Shown in pieces: positions 34,953-52,738 of a stretch of DNA of 64,000 nucleotides. The stretch's first letter is position 1, and each line of letters begins with the position of its first letter. This DNA is from the human T2T-CHM13v2.0 reference genome, Homo sapiens, in NCBI RefSeq assembly GCF_009914755.1, contig NC_060942.1. The stretch is one strand, 5' to 3'. The notes under the pieces were generated by a model. That model was given only the letters and a program-made list of their open reading frames with translations, made no database searches and had not been told where the DNA came from. The position numbers were made by a program, and so were the translations under genes.

Positions 34953-36464
34953 AACACTATGTTAAAAATGAAATGCATGAGATTCAGAGGAGTGTGTTGT
35001 TATTTGGAGTCTGCTGTGAAGGGCTACCACTGCTGGCATAGCTACATGATCGCTAGATGGCTCTCAAGGGAAGATCAGCCACCCGCTGTGAAGGAGAGCA
35101 GCCACATGGTTATTTTGCCCTCGTTGGCATCTCCCTCATTAAAGTTGCATCCAAAATGCTTCTAAAACATTGATTTCAATTTCATGAAACTTCAGTATGA
35201 CTTCCTCTCTGTTCCTCTCTATCCACAACCAACTCTTTACTCAACAAAGTTGAAAATTTAGCTCAGTTCTCCTCCCCATTCTGCCATGTAGAAGATAGTG
35301 ATTTATCAGGCAATGAGCCAATGACTAATAATGCCAGGCCTTTTGTGTCTTAAAATATAATCCTGGGCAGAGATTCCTTCAAGTTTGTAATCTGAAGGTA
35401 TTGTTCCCCAGTTATTGAAACTAAGGCCAGTATTTGGAGAATGGAAGCAGTAAAGAACGATGGGTAGGAGCTTAGACACTGCAGTTATGCACCTGATGCT
35501 AAAGGTCCAGTTTCCTCTGATCTCTCATCTCACCACTCCTACAACCTCGCAACCCCTCCCACCCTCCTCTGCTGAAGCCACATCCTGAGGCTGAGATTTT
35601 TACGTTGGAGGTTGTTGGAGAACACCATTTGTAAGAAGGAAGAGGAAGCAGGATTGGGCAGACAGAGAAGTCCAGTTACAATTTATTTGCGATAGAGGCC
35701 TCAGTTGACCCCACAGGAAATTATGGAGCTCTTCTGACTCTTCAGGGTTAGTCTCCCTTTGATTCTCCTTGCAAGAAATTTGAATTGGCAAAATCGGTCA
35801 GTCACAGAGACTTGTAGCTCAAAGAGGTCACTAGGATTGTAGGACCTCAAAAGTCTGCAGGTTTCCCAACACCTTTTACCTGGTAGATGCACAAACCGTA
35901 TGGTCTATCTGAGTGCACGGGGACACTGAAAAGAATTCAGCTCAAATTGGATCCAACAACAGTACACTGACTTGGTACAAAGTGCACCATCCACAAGTTC
36001 CTGTTAGGTTTCTTTTTCCAGTGAGAAGCCTGCCCAAACCCCATCAGGTGAATACTTATGCCCCTCCCCCTACAGAACTGGATATGATAATCACCTTGGT
36101 ATCTGTATTCAACACGGCCGTAAAAGTTTGACTAACTACCCTCCACCCCATCACCTAAGTTCCCCAGTGCACTTAGAAAGGTGTATGTGACCCAGCACTT
36201 CCTCCTGCCTGGAGGAGAGTGAGCAACAACTAAAGCACCATTTGGAAGGTACTTGTTTCAATTCTTGCCATATAGCCTCTAAACCATTCATTAAGAGCTA
36301 AGAAGTGGGAGATCTTACTGCCTACCCACTACCACTTGGGCAAGAGCATTCACAATCAAATCCCAGGAATTATTCTCATGTCACCTATCCTAACCAGGGA
36401 CCTTTTTCATTCCCCTTCCAGAAAGCCATGACTCTTTCTGAATCATATTTTCATCACCAGAACT

Positions 36465-36920
36465 GCAAGAAGTGGGAAGAGTCTGAGATTTTGCACTGAT
36501 TGTACAAGTTAACAAGTTAGCCTGTTACTATTTCATGGGTGCCAGCAGAAGACACGAGACTCCTGAGTCAGAGAAAAAGGACTTTATTACTCATAGCATA
36601 ACAGGAAGCTGGAGCTTCAGGTTTGTGTCAGTTCCCCTTGCCCACCAAGTCCCACAGGGGCAACTTGCATGGACCCAAATAGATGTTATGCCCACAGTGG
36701 GTTTACATCACATCTGAGGAACCCTAAACTGCAAGCAAAGCTATTTGACCTTTGCCCCAGGGTGAGGCATTATCTTTATTATACTGGACAGCAAACAACC
36801 CTGCCCTCTGTGCTATCTTCCAAGATCCTTGAAAAGATAATCCAGAAGAAAAGCCACCAATACTTATGCTCACAAGACATTCAGAAATGTGAGGGACCCA
36901 TGGAGAATTGTCTTCCAGTA
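36465..36920 (-). mobile_element. Old ERVL-type solo LTR (family unresolved); a second copy lies at about 48780-49522
   Basis: Shared segment gcagaagaca(c/t)(g/a)agactc(c/t)tg(a/g)gtcagaga(a/c)aaagga(c/t)tttattact at both loci. Confidence 0.55.
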
Positions 36921-36981
36921 GTGACACATTCCACCTCTTGATGAGGAAATGGCAAGTTTCCAGAAGAGCATTTATGATAAG

Positions 36982-37343
36982 TGATATCGTTGGGCTGTGT
37001 CCCCACCCAAATCTCATCTTGAATTGTAGCTCCCATAATTCCCAAGTGTTTGGAAGGGACGTGGTGGGAGATAATTAAATCATGGGGGCAGTTTCCTTCA
37101 TACTGTTCTCTTGGTGGTGAATAAGTCTCACGAGATCTGATGTTTATATAAAGGGTTTCCCCTTTTGCTTGGCTCTCATTTGCTTTCATTGGCAACCATG
37201 TAAGATGTGCCCTTTGCCTTCCACCATGATTGTGAGGCCTCCCAGCCATGTGGAACTCTTCTGAGTCCATTAAAATTCTTTTTCTTTATAAATTACCCAT
37301 CTTGGGTATGTCTTTACCAGCAGCGTGAACATGGAGTAATACA
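36982..37343 (+). mobile_element. THE1 (THE1C/D-like) 5' LTR
   Basis: tgatatcgttgggctgtgtccccacccaaatctcatcttgaattgtagctcccataattccc ... taataca. Confidence 0.92.
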
Positions 37344-39388
<2,045 letters not shown>

Positions 39389-40501
39389 TTTTTTTTTGAG
39401 ATGGAGTTTTGCTCTCGTTAAATATGAATATTTAGACCTGCTATATAATATGTAAACCAGGCTATATGAATATTTAGACCTACTATATAAATATTAAAAC
39501 CTACTTAAGTGCCTAAGTGTCAAATTTAAATATGAATTGCAAATTTCACAACTCTGGTGTCTATTGGCTCTTAAAACCACCCAAGCTACCTATTGTGGGG
39601 AAAACTATTCTATAAGATGGGTGATGAGGTTTTAAAAGTGGTTTACTAACTTCTTAACCATAAAAACAATGGGAGGAAAGACTGAGAAAATAACTCAGTA
39701 CATTTGACTAAGTAACATTTTTCAATTTTTTTAATGCTAAAAGGCAAATGGCAGGCTAGGATGATTTTACAGTGGAATAGGAAGTCCAGCAAACACTTTG
39801 GAAAGTGTAAGACAGGAGGTTGACAACAAGGGGAAGCACAGCAGTAGGGGCTGGGAGAAGGAGGGACTGGAAGACCAGGAAAATTGGGATTTTGGATGGC
39901 AGTGGCAGAATATGGTGAAACATGGTGGGCTTCATATCCACAAGTTAGTAATAAAAGGGGTAGAGCGATGACCTGTGACTATGCAAACTAGGGCCCCAGT
40001 GAATGTTTTGGGTCTAAATGACCTTGAAAGTCTACCACCTTCACTAGCTTTAGCTCAGGGTTGGGAATGGAATATGGAACAATGCCATATTATCTTATAC
40101 CTGAGAAGCTCATTCCCTGGCTGTAAGGGAAGGAGAATTCATTCACTCTGAAAGCCTTCACCTTTTAATGGAACTAATAACTGCCATGGCAAAATGGAGA
40201 GCTGAGGCTTCTGAAGAATACTAAATGTCCCTACAATGTCTTAATGAACAAAGAGAAATATCCACGGTAACTCACAGCCACAGGATGGAAGATCTCCTAG
40301 TACTGGGATTCCCAACAGTTCTGACATAATTCTTTGCTGCCCTCACCATTTTTAGATACATTCTTGTTTGTCCACTCCCCCTTTTTCTCTGCTGAGTTAA
40401 CATCTCAACAGTAAAGGTCCCTCATATTCTCCAAACATCAGGAGAAAAAAACATCCTTTCAATGTACTTTTCCTCTTCTTTTTCAGCAGGGAAACTGGTG
40501 C

Positions 40502-41221
40502 TATAGCTGCCCAACAGGTTCTTCTCACTTGCTGCCCAGATAAAACCAATGTATCAAGACAAGGGAATTGCAATAGAGAAAGGGTTCAAGATACATAGGG
40601 CCAGCTAAACAGGAGAGCAGAATTTTATTATTATTCAAATCAGCCTCTCCAAACATTCAGAGGCTAGGGTTTTTTCAAGATAGTTTGGTGGGCAGGGGGC
40701 TAGGGAATGGGTGCTGCTGATGGTTGGGGATGCAATCATAGGGATGTGGAAAATGGTCCTCATGCCCTGAGTCTGCTTCTGGGTGGGGGCCACAGGACCC
40801 ATTGAGTCATAAGTCCAAATGGAGTCATCTTGGTCATCAGAAAAGCTAAAGTCTGAAAAGATATCTCCAAAGGCCAATATTAGGTTCTACAATAGTAGAG
40901 GTTATTTATAGGAGTAATTGGAGAAGTTACAAATCTTGTGACCACCAGAACAATGACTGGTTATTCTTTAACTATACCTACATCTTTGCAGAACTCAGAT
41001 TCTTCTCATAACCCTAACCTTGTGGCCTTTCATTAGTTTTACTAAGGCAGTTTAATTTGGGGAGGGATATTATCATCCTTGCTTTAAGGATAGATTTCTC
41101 CCAAAGTTAGCTTGGCCCACACCCAGGAATGGAGGTTACAGGCAAGATGGAGTTGGTTAAGTCAGATCTCTTTCACTGCCATAGTATTCTCACTATTATA
41201 ACTTTTGCAAAGGTGGTTTCA
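40502..41221 (-). mobile_element. LTR8-family ERV1 solo LTR
   Basis: gcaagatggagttggttaagtcagatctctttcactg...ttttgcaaaggtggtttca is the antisense of the LTR8 5' end. Confidence 0.85.
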
Positions 41222-41231
41222 GAGATGTGCA

Positions 41232-41470
41232 ATGGCATAATGGTTATGAACCCAGACTCCAGAGGCAGTCTGCTTGGATTTGAATCCTAGGATTTTCATC
41301 TAGCTGTGTGACCTCAGACAAGTGACTTAACGGCTCTGTGACTCCAAGTCTCCTGCTGTAAAATAGGGATGATAGCATCTTTTCTTGGTGATGCTGCGAG
41401 GAAAAGGAGTTAATATGTGTAAAGACATTTAGAAAGGCCCTGGCACACAGTAAATGTTAGTTACTGCTAT
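41232..41470 (+). mobile_element. MIR
   Basis: tttgaatcctagg...tagctgtgtgacctcagacaagtgacttaac...ctgtaaaatagggatgata. Confidence 0.75.
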
Positions 41471-43104
41471 AGAAGTTGCTGAATGAATGATTTCAACAAT
41501 AGTCCATGTGGAACATGTAAACCAATTAAATATTTGTTCCTAAAGGAACAGAATATTTATAGACATATAGCCTATTTATTTTCTTCTATTGAGCAGCTGA
41601 CAGTAATAGTGGATGTACATGTTTGTCTTCTTAATAGGAAAGAAGTAGGCTTAGGTTGACTGAGTGCCTACTGTTTGCTAGGCACAGTATAGATATCTTT
41701 TCACCTTATTCTCAAAACAAGCCTGAGAATTAGATATTTTATCCTCGTTTTTCTTAGGCAGAAACTTGCCCAAAGTTGCACATCTCGCTCCAAATCACAG
41801 TGCCTAGCAAGGTCTAGGCAGGAATTCAAGCCCATCTGACTACAACATACAATGTGTCAACACAGATGTCCACAACTTTGCTTTGTATGTAGCCACCTGA
41901 AAGAGAATGAATTAGAATAATTATTTTTGAGGGAGTTCAGTGCCATCAGGTGCCAAATTATTTATTTGCAATGCCAAATTGTATGGTTTTCTATTTAAAC
42001 AGAGCTTTGGTCTAGGTGTAACTGTAATATTCTAGATAGAATATTACTTGTCTAGTGGCCTATCTCACAAGAAAATAAATAAATAAAATAAAAATATTGC
42101 TGGAATTTGAAGGATAAATCAATATAGATGCCTCAGAAAAGATGGGGTAGGGTGAGTGGAGTAATAATTTTGGGAAATGTAATGACCAGAAAATAAACTA
42201 TCACTATTGCTGCATTTTGCTTTTGTCCAATATTCTCTTGGCATGTATGGACATGAACTACCATTCAGTGAAACTGACATGTTCTCTCTCCTTTGAGAAG
42301 GATCATGGAGGTTTCTGGTGCCATCGTTTTAAATGTTCCAAATAGAAGCAAACATCTACTGTTAGAAAAGTAAACCAAGTGAAGAAAAGAAAAGAAAATG
42401 ACTTGCATTCTTTTGCATAGATATGGCTATATCAAGTAATTAGGGTTGTACTAAAGAGGTTGGGAATATATTTTATTTATTTGCTTATGTGACTTTTACT
42501 CATTATTTTCATTTTGTGGTGAGTAAAGGGAAAAATGTAGTAAGAACAAAATGACCTTTCCATTTTGTCCTAAAACCAAACAGGAAGAGGGAGTACTGCC
42601 ATCTTTTGGTTACACAATATAATAATTTTAAATCGTTACACTTAACAACAGCCAGATGAATGCCAATATTAGTCATCACCAAATGAACAGAAACACTGAC
42701 TTACCTGGCATGAGTTAGTTCCTTAGACTATTTCTTCATAATAGCTTTCTTCTGCAAAGTAATCACAGAGACTCCAAAATCTCATTTTTCTTTCAATTGT
42801 AGACAGAAAGAGAAAGTACTGGTGGGCTAAGTAGATTATCTTAAAGAGCACTGACAGTTCTAATATTTGTATTTAATGATTCTAAAGCATTCAGAGTAAA
42901 CAAAGATAAAAGAGAACTTTTAATTACTAAAGTCAATTTCACAATTGCCCCAGGGGTGAAGAACTTGAGTGCAAGGCTGAACTTCCTTAGACCAAGGAAA
43001 CACTATGGCAAAGCCTGCCAGGTATCCACTACAGGGCTTCATCTACACCAAGCAAGACAAAAAGTACAGCAAAAACACAATTGGAGCATTCCTGGAATGT
43101 TCTT

Positions 43105-43422
43105 TCTTTTTCTTTTCTTTTTTTTTTTTTTTTTCTTGTGAGAACAGAGTCTTGCTGTGTCACCTAGACTGGAGTGCGGTGGCACAATCTCAGCTCACTG
43201 CAACCTCCCCTTCCTGGGATCAAGCAATTCTCCTGCCTCAGCCTCCTGAGTAGCTGGGTGTACAGTCACCCGCCACCACGCCCGGCTAATTTTCGTATTT
43301 TTGGTAGAGATAGGGTTTTGCCATGTTGGCCAGGCTGGTCTCGAACTCCTGACCTCAGGTCATCTGCCCGCCTCGGCCTCTCAAAGTGCTGGGATTACAG
43401 GCGTGAGCCTCTGCGCCCGGCT
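43105..43422 (-). mobile_element. Alu (AluS)
   Basis: Antisense dimer. Confidence 0.95.
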
Positions 43423-44403
43423 GATTTTTTTTTAAGGAAATATGGTACTACAATAGAAGGAAACTAAAGAAGTTTATCAGAGTGTACTATAGAGGGCCGC
43501 CTCTCAGTGAGCTGAGTTGGCTGCAGGGAGGCCATAGACACTGTTGTTACAAGACACGTTTTATTAACAGCCATCCTGAAGAAAAGACTTTGAATAGGTT
43601 GAGGGTATATATTTTAAAGAGGAAACATTAATTTGAAAAGGAGAAGAATCTGGAAAGGAAATATAATCCCCTCAAATCCTGTCTAGATCCAGAGAAGCAG
43701 CTATCCAAATGAGGTTTTTTTAAGGCTCATCAGGGTGGCAGAAAATAGAATATAAAGCCCCGAAGGGGATCTTAAGATATTTGGAATAAAAGGGAAATAT
43801 GGAAGTGTCATGGCAGTTGAGTGAAAGGAAGTGAACTGAACTTGACATTTATTTGGATAATATCACTTTTCTATATGCGCAGTACTGATATGTTTTTAAA
43901 AATAAAAGCACGAAATTTTTGTTATTTGTTATTCTTATTAAGAAGATAAATAAGTAAACATTTTCATAGGGTACCAGAGAGGAGAGCGGGCGAAGGGAGG
44001 ACCTGGTTTCTAGTCGTAGGTCTCCACTGACTAGCAGGCTGCCCTTATGCCACTTAGACTCCCTGAGTCTTGGTTTCCTCATCTACAAAGTAAGTTCGCT
44101 GGATGCCACCATAGCTTCTCAAGCTGAGTTCTGAGGACTCCTCCCCATCTATGAATTATTTTCAGAAGCTGATAGGTTCTCTGCTTTGAGAAGTATCAGA
44201 CTCAGTCATTTCTAATGGCTTTGCTAGCTCGAAAATTCTAAGATATAAGATATATTTTTCTTCTCTAATTCCCTCAGGACCCAGAAGAGGAAGAAAAGTC
44301 AGCATACTTATTTTTTTCTTGTTTTCCTTCTCCCTGACATGCAATTATTCTATTGTTCTGAATTTCTAGAGCAGTGCTTTCCCACAGAAATACATTTAAC
44401 TTA

Positions 44404-44586
<183 letters not shown>

Positions 44587-44941
44587 TCAGGAAGCCAAGG
44601 CAGGAGAATCGCTCAAATCCAGGAGGTGGAGGTTGCAATGAACTGAGATTGTGCCACTGCACTCCTGGGCAACAGAGTGAGACTGTCCCCCCAAAAAAAT
44701 AAAAAATTATAGTAGCCACAGTTTTAAAAGCAAAAAGACATGGGTGAAGCTCATTTTAATTATATATTTTATTTAGCCAAATATATCCAAAATATTCTGA
44801 TTTCAACATGTAATCAATGTAAAAATTAATGAGATGGTTTATATATATTTTTTGTACTAAGTCTTAGAAATCCAAAATGTATTTTACATTTACAACACAT
44901 TCCAATTCAAAGTAGCCATATTTCAGGTTCCATAGTCACAT

Positions 44942-45736
44942 TATAGCACCAGACCCATCTGATTCATCTTTTATGTAACAAAGTTGTGGGTTGTTTTTCA
45001 GTTGCCCTGGACCCTTGGGTCACGTGACCTGGGCATGCCCAGATGAACCAAGAATCACAGGGGGAACCTAAGTGCTCAGGCTGAGGGCAGGGGACTGGAT
45101 TAAGAAGTGGACACCACATGGCAGGATCCAGGATCCAATCAGATCTAGCTGTGGCGTCACCCCATGGCAGGATCCAGGATCCAATCAAATCTAGCTGTGG
45201 CGTTACCCCATGGCAGGATCCAGGATCCAATCAGATCTAGCTGTGGCGTCACCCCATGGCAGGATCCAGGATCCAATCAGATCTAGCTGTGGCGTCACCC
45301 CATGGCAGGATCCAGGATCCAATCAGATCTAGCTGTGGCGTCACCCCATGGCAGGATCCAGGATCCAATCAGATCTAGCTGTGGCGTTACCCCATGGCAG
45401 GATCCAGGATCCAATCAGATCTAGCTGTGGCGTCACCCCATGGCAGGATCCAGGATCCAATCAGATCTAGCTGTGGCGTTACCCCATGGCAGGATCCAGG
45501 ATCCAATCAGATCTAGCTGTGGCGTCACCCCATGGCAGGATCCAGTGAGATCATGCCTCATTACCCTTTGCTTATAAAAACTAGATCCAGCTCCCAGTCC
45601 CGGGAGGTACTGCTTTGGGACCAGGTGTTCTTATCTGTTGCAAGTAAGAAAATCCCCTTGTTAACAATCCTCTTTGGTTCTGGTCATTGGACTGTCATTC
45701 ACCAAGCTACCAAACCCACCCATTGTATGGGAAACA
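44942..45736 (+). mobile_element. LTR47-like solo LTR with an internal minisatellite
   Basis: cttttatgtaacaaagttgtg...gcatgcccagatgaaccaag...gggggaacctaagtgctcag; TATA-like cttataaaa near 45571; 5-bp TSD cacat. Confidence 0.75.
45117..45545 (+). repeat. 46-bp minisatellite, 9 full units plus 15 bp
   Basis: Unit catggcaggatccaggatccaatcagatctagctgtggcgtcaccc starting at 45117, 45163 ... 45485; partial unit at 45531. Confidence 0.98.
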
Positions 45737-46667
45737 ACACATGGCTGATGTGGGAAGTTCCTATGTCCTGTAGTGGACAGCACAGTGACAACCCTATAGT
45801 TGGAGAGCTGATACGTGGCTGTTCGGGTACCCTGAAAAATAGGCCTGTTTGGTTACCCAGTATCACAACCTAGGGATGGTCTGGAATGCATAGAAAAAGC
45901 TCAGGACCTAGAGGAAACATTTCTCTACTCAAAAACCTGCAGTGTACATGCCTCCTTCTCAGACCATCAGTCCCTCCCTTCCAGAACACATGATAATCGG
46001 TATTTCTTTCTTTCTTTTTTTTTTCCAGCCCTAATGCTGCTTCTCAGCAACAAAGCTGGAAGTGTTTTTCTCAACAGACCATTCCCCGGAGAAGAATGTA
46101 ATTATATCTCTGTCTTTGGACTCAGGCAGATAATGATTACCCACAAAAATCCCTGCTGTAGAAACAATGAATTTGTACTAGTGCTCTTCGTTTTTTAAAT
46201 GATGCGGAAACTTCCATTAATTCACCAACCCTATTGCAGGAGCCTGATTCAGAGACTGTCTGCAATTAATGCATTTTTTGTTGTAAGACATGAGAGCAGA
46301 AGAGGATAGAAATAATGAGAATCTAATTTGGAAGTCAGTGATGTAGACTTCAGTTTGAGATATCATGTTTGTCCTTTTATAGAAATGCTTGGAACAGTGA
46401 GTAAGAGGAGTAATAAGAAATTTTGCACATTAAAATAAGACAGGCTATTTTGTATGGGGGAAGATAAAGATTTTTAAAAATTCAGCCAATACACTCTGTG
46501 AAATAAGAGTATTATATATGTATAGAAGTACAGAGCTTCCTACTTCTTATCAAAATGGCTTCTGGCATCTTTCAATTTCATCATCTTTCCATTTTCTTAT
46601 CTTTTCCTATTGGGGATGGCAGTGTAGTTCAAAGGGATAAAAAATATTGGAATTAAGTATTTCCTAC

Positions 46668-46950
46668 TTTCTTTTTGAGACAGGTTCTTGCTCTGTTACC
46701 CAGGCTGGAGTACAGTGGCATGATCAGGGCTTACTGCAGCCTCAACCTCCTGTCTCAAGCAATCCTCCCACTTCAGCCTCTCAAGGAGCTGGGACCACAG
46801 GCGTGCACCACCATGCCAGGCCAGGCTAATTTTTTTTTTTTTCCGCAGATGGGATCTTACTTTGTTGCCCAGGTCTCAAACTCCCAGGCGTAAGTGATCT
46901 TCTCACCTCAGCATCCCAAAGTGCTGGGATTACAGGCATGAGCCACAGGG
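46668..46950 (-). mobile_element. Alu (AluJ)
   Basis: Antisense dimer. Confidence 0.9.
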
Positions 46951-47269
46951 ACCCTTCTACTTTCTTAAGGGGGCAAGGGAAAGACAGAGTATGTCTATCA
47001 ACATCAGGTACTTATGTAACATTTGTCACAGTGTGTCAAACTAACCCTCTCCTCATCCCTCTAGGAACAGACTTGGCAAGCCAGAGGGCTGAAGAAGCTA
47101 GAGGGGCCACAGGATAAACCACTGATGAAATCACTGGTGGGAAAATGAGATTTCCCTGTATCTCACTCAAGCCTATTGCTGCAGTATTGATTAATCCGTG
47201 TGCTTTTTGTGTCAATGGTTCCAGACAAGCGCCATCATGCACTCTCTCCCTTTTTCATCATTGATATCA

Positions 47270-48043
<774 letters not shown>

Positions 48044-49162
48044 CAGTACTGTCCATTTTTAAAAGGTGATGCTTACTGAAATGATATCTCCTTCTGGTGT
48101 TCCCATAGACAATAAATAAACTCTTCTAGGCCTTGTACTTCCCCCAGCACTTCCATAGGCATCTGCTGGATGGTCCCTCACTGGGCATCAGCACCACACA
48201 GAAGGGAGGTGGTCTCCATAGTAATTAATGTGAATGAGGAGAGTCAGCACACCAGTGGTCTAGCCAGGCTAAAATTTCTTAAAAGGAAATGGCGAACTGA
48301 TTTTCTTTGTAAAAATTCAGGCCCTGCTCTTTTTCTTTCTTTCTTTCTTTCTTTTTTTTTTTTTTTTTTTTTTTTTTGTGGCCTGGCCAACTGTCCCTCC
48401 CTAGGCAAAAGTGGACTTGGATTTCTTTTGTTTCAGCAATCATTATCTGCTACCTTTACTCTAAAAATGCACTTTCCACCTGTCCCCATCTTCTACTTAA
48501 GCCTAAGGGATTACAAAAGGACTCATGTTTACCACTATATGTTGAATCAAGGAGTATCAACAAATTGGAAATTAGCCTAATCCCTTAAACTTCATATAAT
48601 CTGTTTCCTTCATTTTGCTCCCATCTCCAAATATTTCATTCAGTACCAAAGTCCCCAAGAGAAAATGGATTCCTTCCTAGCTGGACCTGGGGCATCTGGC
48701 CAGATCCCCATCATGTTTCACCCCAAGCTACCCCTTAATCCCAGATGGAGCTTTAGACTCCTTTGAGAGAGATGAGGCCTGTCAAGAACTGTAAAAGCTC
48801 TGGAACTTTCTCCAACTTACACTGTTAACTGTTTCATTGATGCTGGCAGAAGACATAAGACTCTTGGGTCAGAGACAAAGGATTTTATTACTAACAGCAC
48901 AGCACAGCAAACAACATGAGCATATTTGCACTAGTTCCCTTCCCCATACACAACACAGGGATGACATGATAGTCCTAGATGATACCTGCGCATGCAGTGG
49001 GTTGCATTACAGGAGAGGAACCCAGGGCTAAGGGCCCAGCCCTTGAGCAAGCAGCAAATAAGCCAGTCTTTCTCCACTTTGACCTGCTTAATTGCCTGTG
49101 TGACTAACCAGAGAAACCATTCAGTATCAGGAGACAGATCAGTCTTAAAATCCAGTACACTC

Positions 49163-49538
<376 letters not shown>

Positions 49539-49849
49539 TCATTATTCTGATCTTTCCTTCAGAATTACCTAGTCCAAGGGAGTACAACACTGAGAGCTAG
49601 TGGCCCTGGCTAGCTGTTAAAGACTGCGAGAAAAGTACTACTAGTTGCTGAAGGAAAACGGATTGTGGGATGTAAATTTGTCTCCTTATATTTAAACAAA
49701 AACACTCAAAACCCTCTTCCCCAACCCTTCTACTGTTTCAGTTCCTACTGGTCTGTTCTGTAAGTTCTCAGTTCCTGTTAGATTGTAATACTGAAAAAGA
49801 AACCCTGTCTACCCTCTAAGTTGGATGGAGAATTCAACATAAATAAGAA

Positions 49850-51130
49850 AGATATATCTACTAAGCAACTGAAACTTAATATGTCCAAAACCAAACTTCT
49901 GGACTTCTTCACACACCATGCTGTCTTCTCCCATACCTTCCCCTCCATAGAGAAGGTAACCATCATCCTTCCAGGCGCTCCTGCCAGCAGTCTCGGAATC
50001 AGGCTTGATTCCTCTTTTTCTCTCCCATTTCATGGCTTGCTCAACCTCCCAGGCTATCCAGAACCTGAGTGGCTCCCTTCCTCCATGATGAAGCCACCAT
50101 CACTTCTTGCCTGGATTGTTGCAGTAGCCTCCAAACTGTTTTTCTGCTTCAGTCTTTACTTTCTCACACCATTCTCAATTCAGCAGCCACAGGGTCCTTT
50201 CCAAATGGAAAACCACATCATATCTCTTCCTACTCAAAACCTCCCATTGACTCCTAACTCATTCAGAATAGAAGGCCAGCCAGGTGTGGTGGTGAACACT
50301 TGTAGTCCCAGCTACTCAAGAGGCTGAGGGGAGGACAGCTTTAGCCAAAGAAAGAAGAAGGAGGAGGAGGAGGAGGAGGAGGAAGAAGAGAAGAAAGCTA
50401 ACTCCTTGTAGTGACGTGCAAGGTCCTACATCTCTTTGATCTGATTACTGTCCTCTCACGGCCTCCCCATGCCCCACCCCCCAATACCTGGAACACAAAT
50501 GCCCATGCCTGGCCCTTGGCATATGCACAACCCCTCCCTCCGCCCGGATGCCCCCTCCACCAGCTGTCCACGGGGCTTATTCCTGCTGCTTCTTCAGGGC
50601 TCCCCTACCCCAGCATTCCCCATTGCTTTATTTGTTTGTTTGTTTTGAGACAGAGTCTCACTCTGTCGCCCAGGCTGGAGTACAATGATGCAATCTTGGC
50701 TCACTACAACCTCCACCTCCCGGGTTCAAGCGATTCTCCCACCTCAGGCTTCTTAGTAGCTGGGATTACAAGCGCCCACCACCGTGCCTGGCTAATTTTT
50801 GTATTTTTAGTAGAGATGGGGTTTCGCCATGTTGCCCAGGCTGGTCTCGAACTCCTGAGCTCAAGTAATCTTCCCACCTAGGCCTCCCAAAGTGCTGGGA
50901 TTACAGGCGTGAGCCACCATGCCCAGCCCCCTGTGTTATTTTTATCCATAGCACTTATCACTATCTGTGGTAGTGAAGATGTCTATTTCCTTGTTATGAT
51001 CTGTTTCCTCTGACTACAATAAAAACTCCATGAAGTCAGGGATTCTATTTGCCACTGTGCTCCAAACCCCAATGCCTAAAAGCTGTCTGTCATACACTAG
51101 GTATCTAATAAATTGTTGTTGAATTCATTA
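49850..51130 (+). mobile_element. L2 3' region interrupted by an Alu fragment with (GAG)n (about 50277-50398) and an antisense Alu (about 50627-50928)
   Basis: aaacttaatatgtccaaaaccaaactt...catagcacttatcact...aaactccatgaagtcaggga...taataaattgttgttgaat. Confidence 0.75.
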
Positions 51131-51441
51131 ATTCTACTCATATTTATCATTTACTTTTTTCAATTGCAGTTCAAGGGGGAGAGAGAGACAAATCAACAGG
51201 TACTTATAATACAGTGGGTAAGTGCTGTATTTGGAGAAGTATAGGGCATTACAGAGTAACAAAGGAGAACCAGATGCGAATAAAGAAATAAGGAAATATA
51301 AGTGCCCTCAGAGAAGTCGTCTGACATCCTGCATGCTCCAATTTGGCATACCCAGCATCCTATCTGACCTGGGGAGTTCTGGTGCTTTTGTTTTAATTTG
51401 TGATTATAAATGTGTCAGATGTGTCAGTCATTGCCTTCCTA

Positions 51442-51795
<354 letters not shown>

Positions 51796-51877
51796 TTGTA
51801 AAAAAAGTTATAGCCTGGGACTCAACAAAAACAACGTTCCTATGGGAACACAGTTTTGTCTTTTTTTGTTTAAACAG

Positions 51878-52163
51878 TTGTTGTTGTTGTTGTTGTTTTT
51901 GAGACAGGGTCTTGCTCTGTTGCCCAGGCTGGAGTGCAGTGGCACAACCACAGCTCACTGTAGTCTCAACCTCCTGGGCTCAAGCGATCCTCCCACCTCA
52001 GTTTCCTGAGTAGCTGGGATCACAGGCACGCCACCACACCTGACTAATTTTCTGTATTTTTTTTTCTAGGGATTCGGTTTTGCCATGTTGCCCAGGCAGG
52101 TATCAAACTCCTGAACTCAAACAATCCACCTTCTTCGGCCTCCCAAAGTGCTGGGATTATAGG
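51878..52163 (-). mobile_element. Alu (AluJ), 5'-clipped
   Basis: Antisense dimer with (ttg)n tail. Confidence 0.93.
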
Positions 52164-52272
52164 CTGTTTTATACTTTTTAGGTGATTAAGTATCTTTAAA
52201 TATTTACCGAACAATTTATTTTAATTATTCTAAATTTTCTTCTAATTATTATGAATGTAGATACATGTTTCA

Positions 52273-52738
<466 letters not shown>

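Noticed and set aside
35580-36420. Possible old ERVL LTR or internal fragments
   Set aside because: Resemblance too weak to assign family or boundaries by eye.
42699-42710. U1 snRNA 5' end (acttacctggca)
   Set aside because: Only 12 nt match and the rest of U1 is absent.
45117-45545. CRISPR-like array
   Set aside because: Units are contiguous with no unique spacers, there are no cas genes and the context is eukaryotic; it is a minisatellite.
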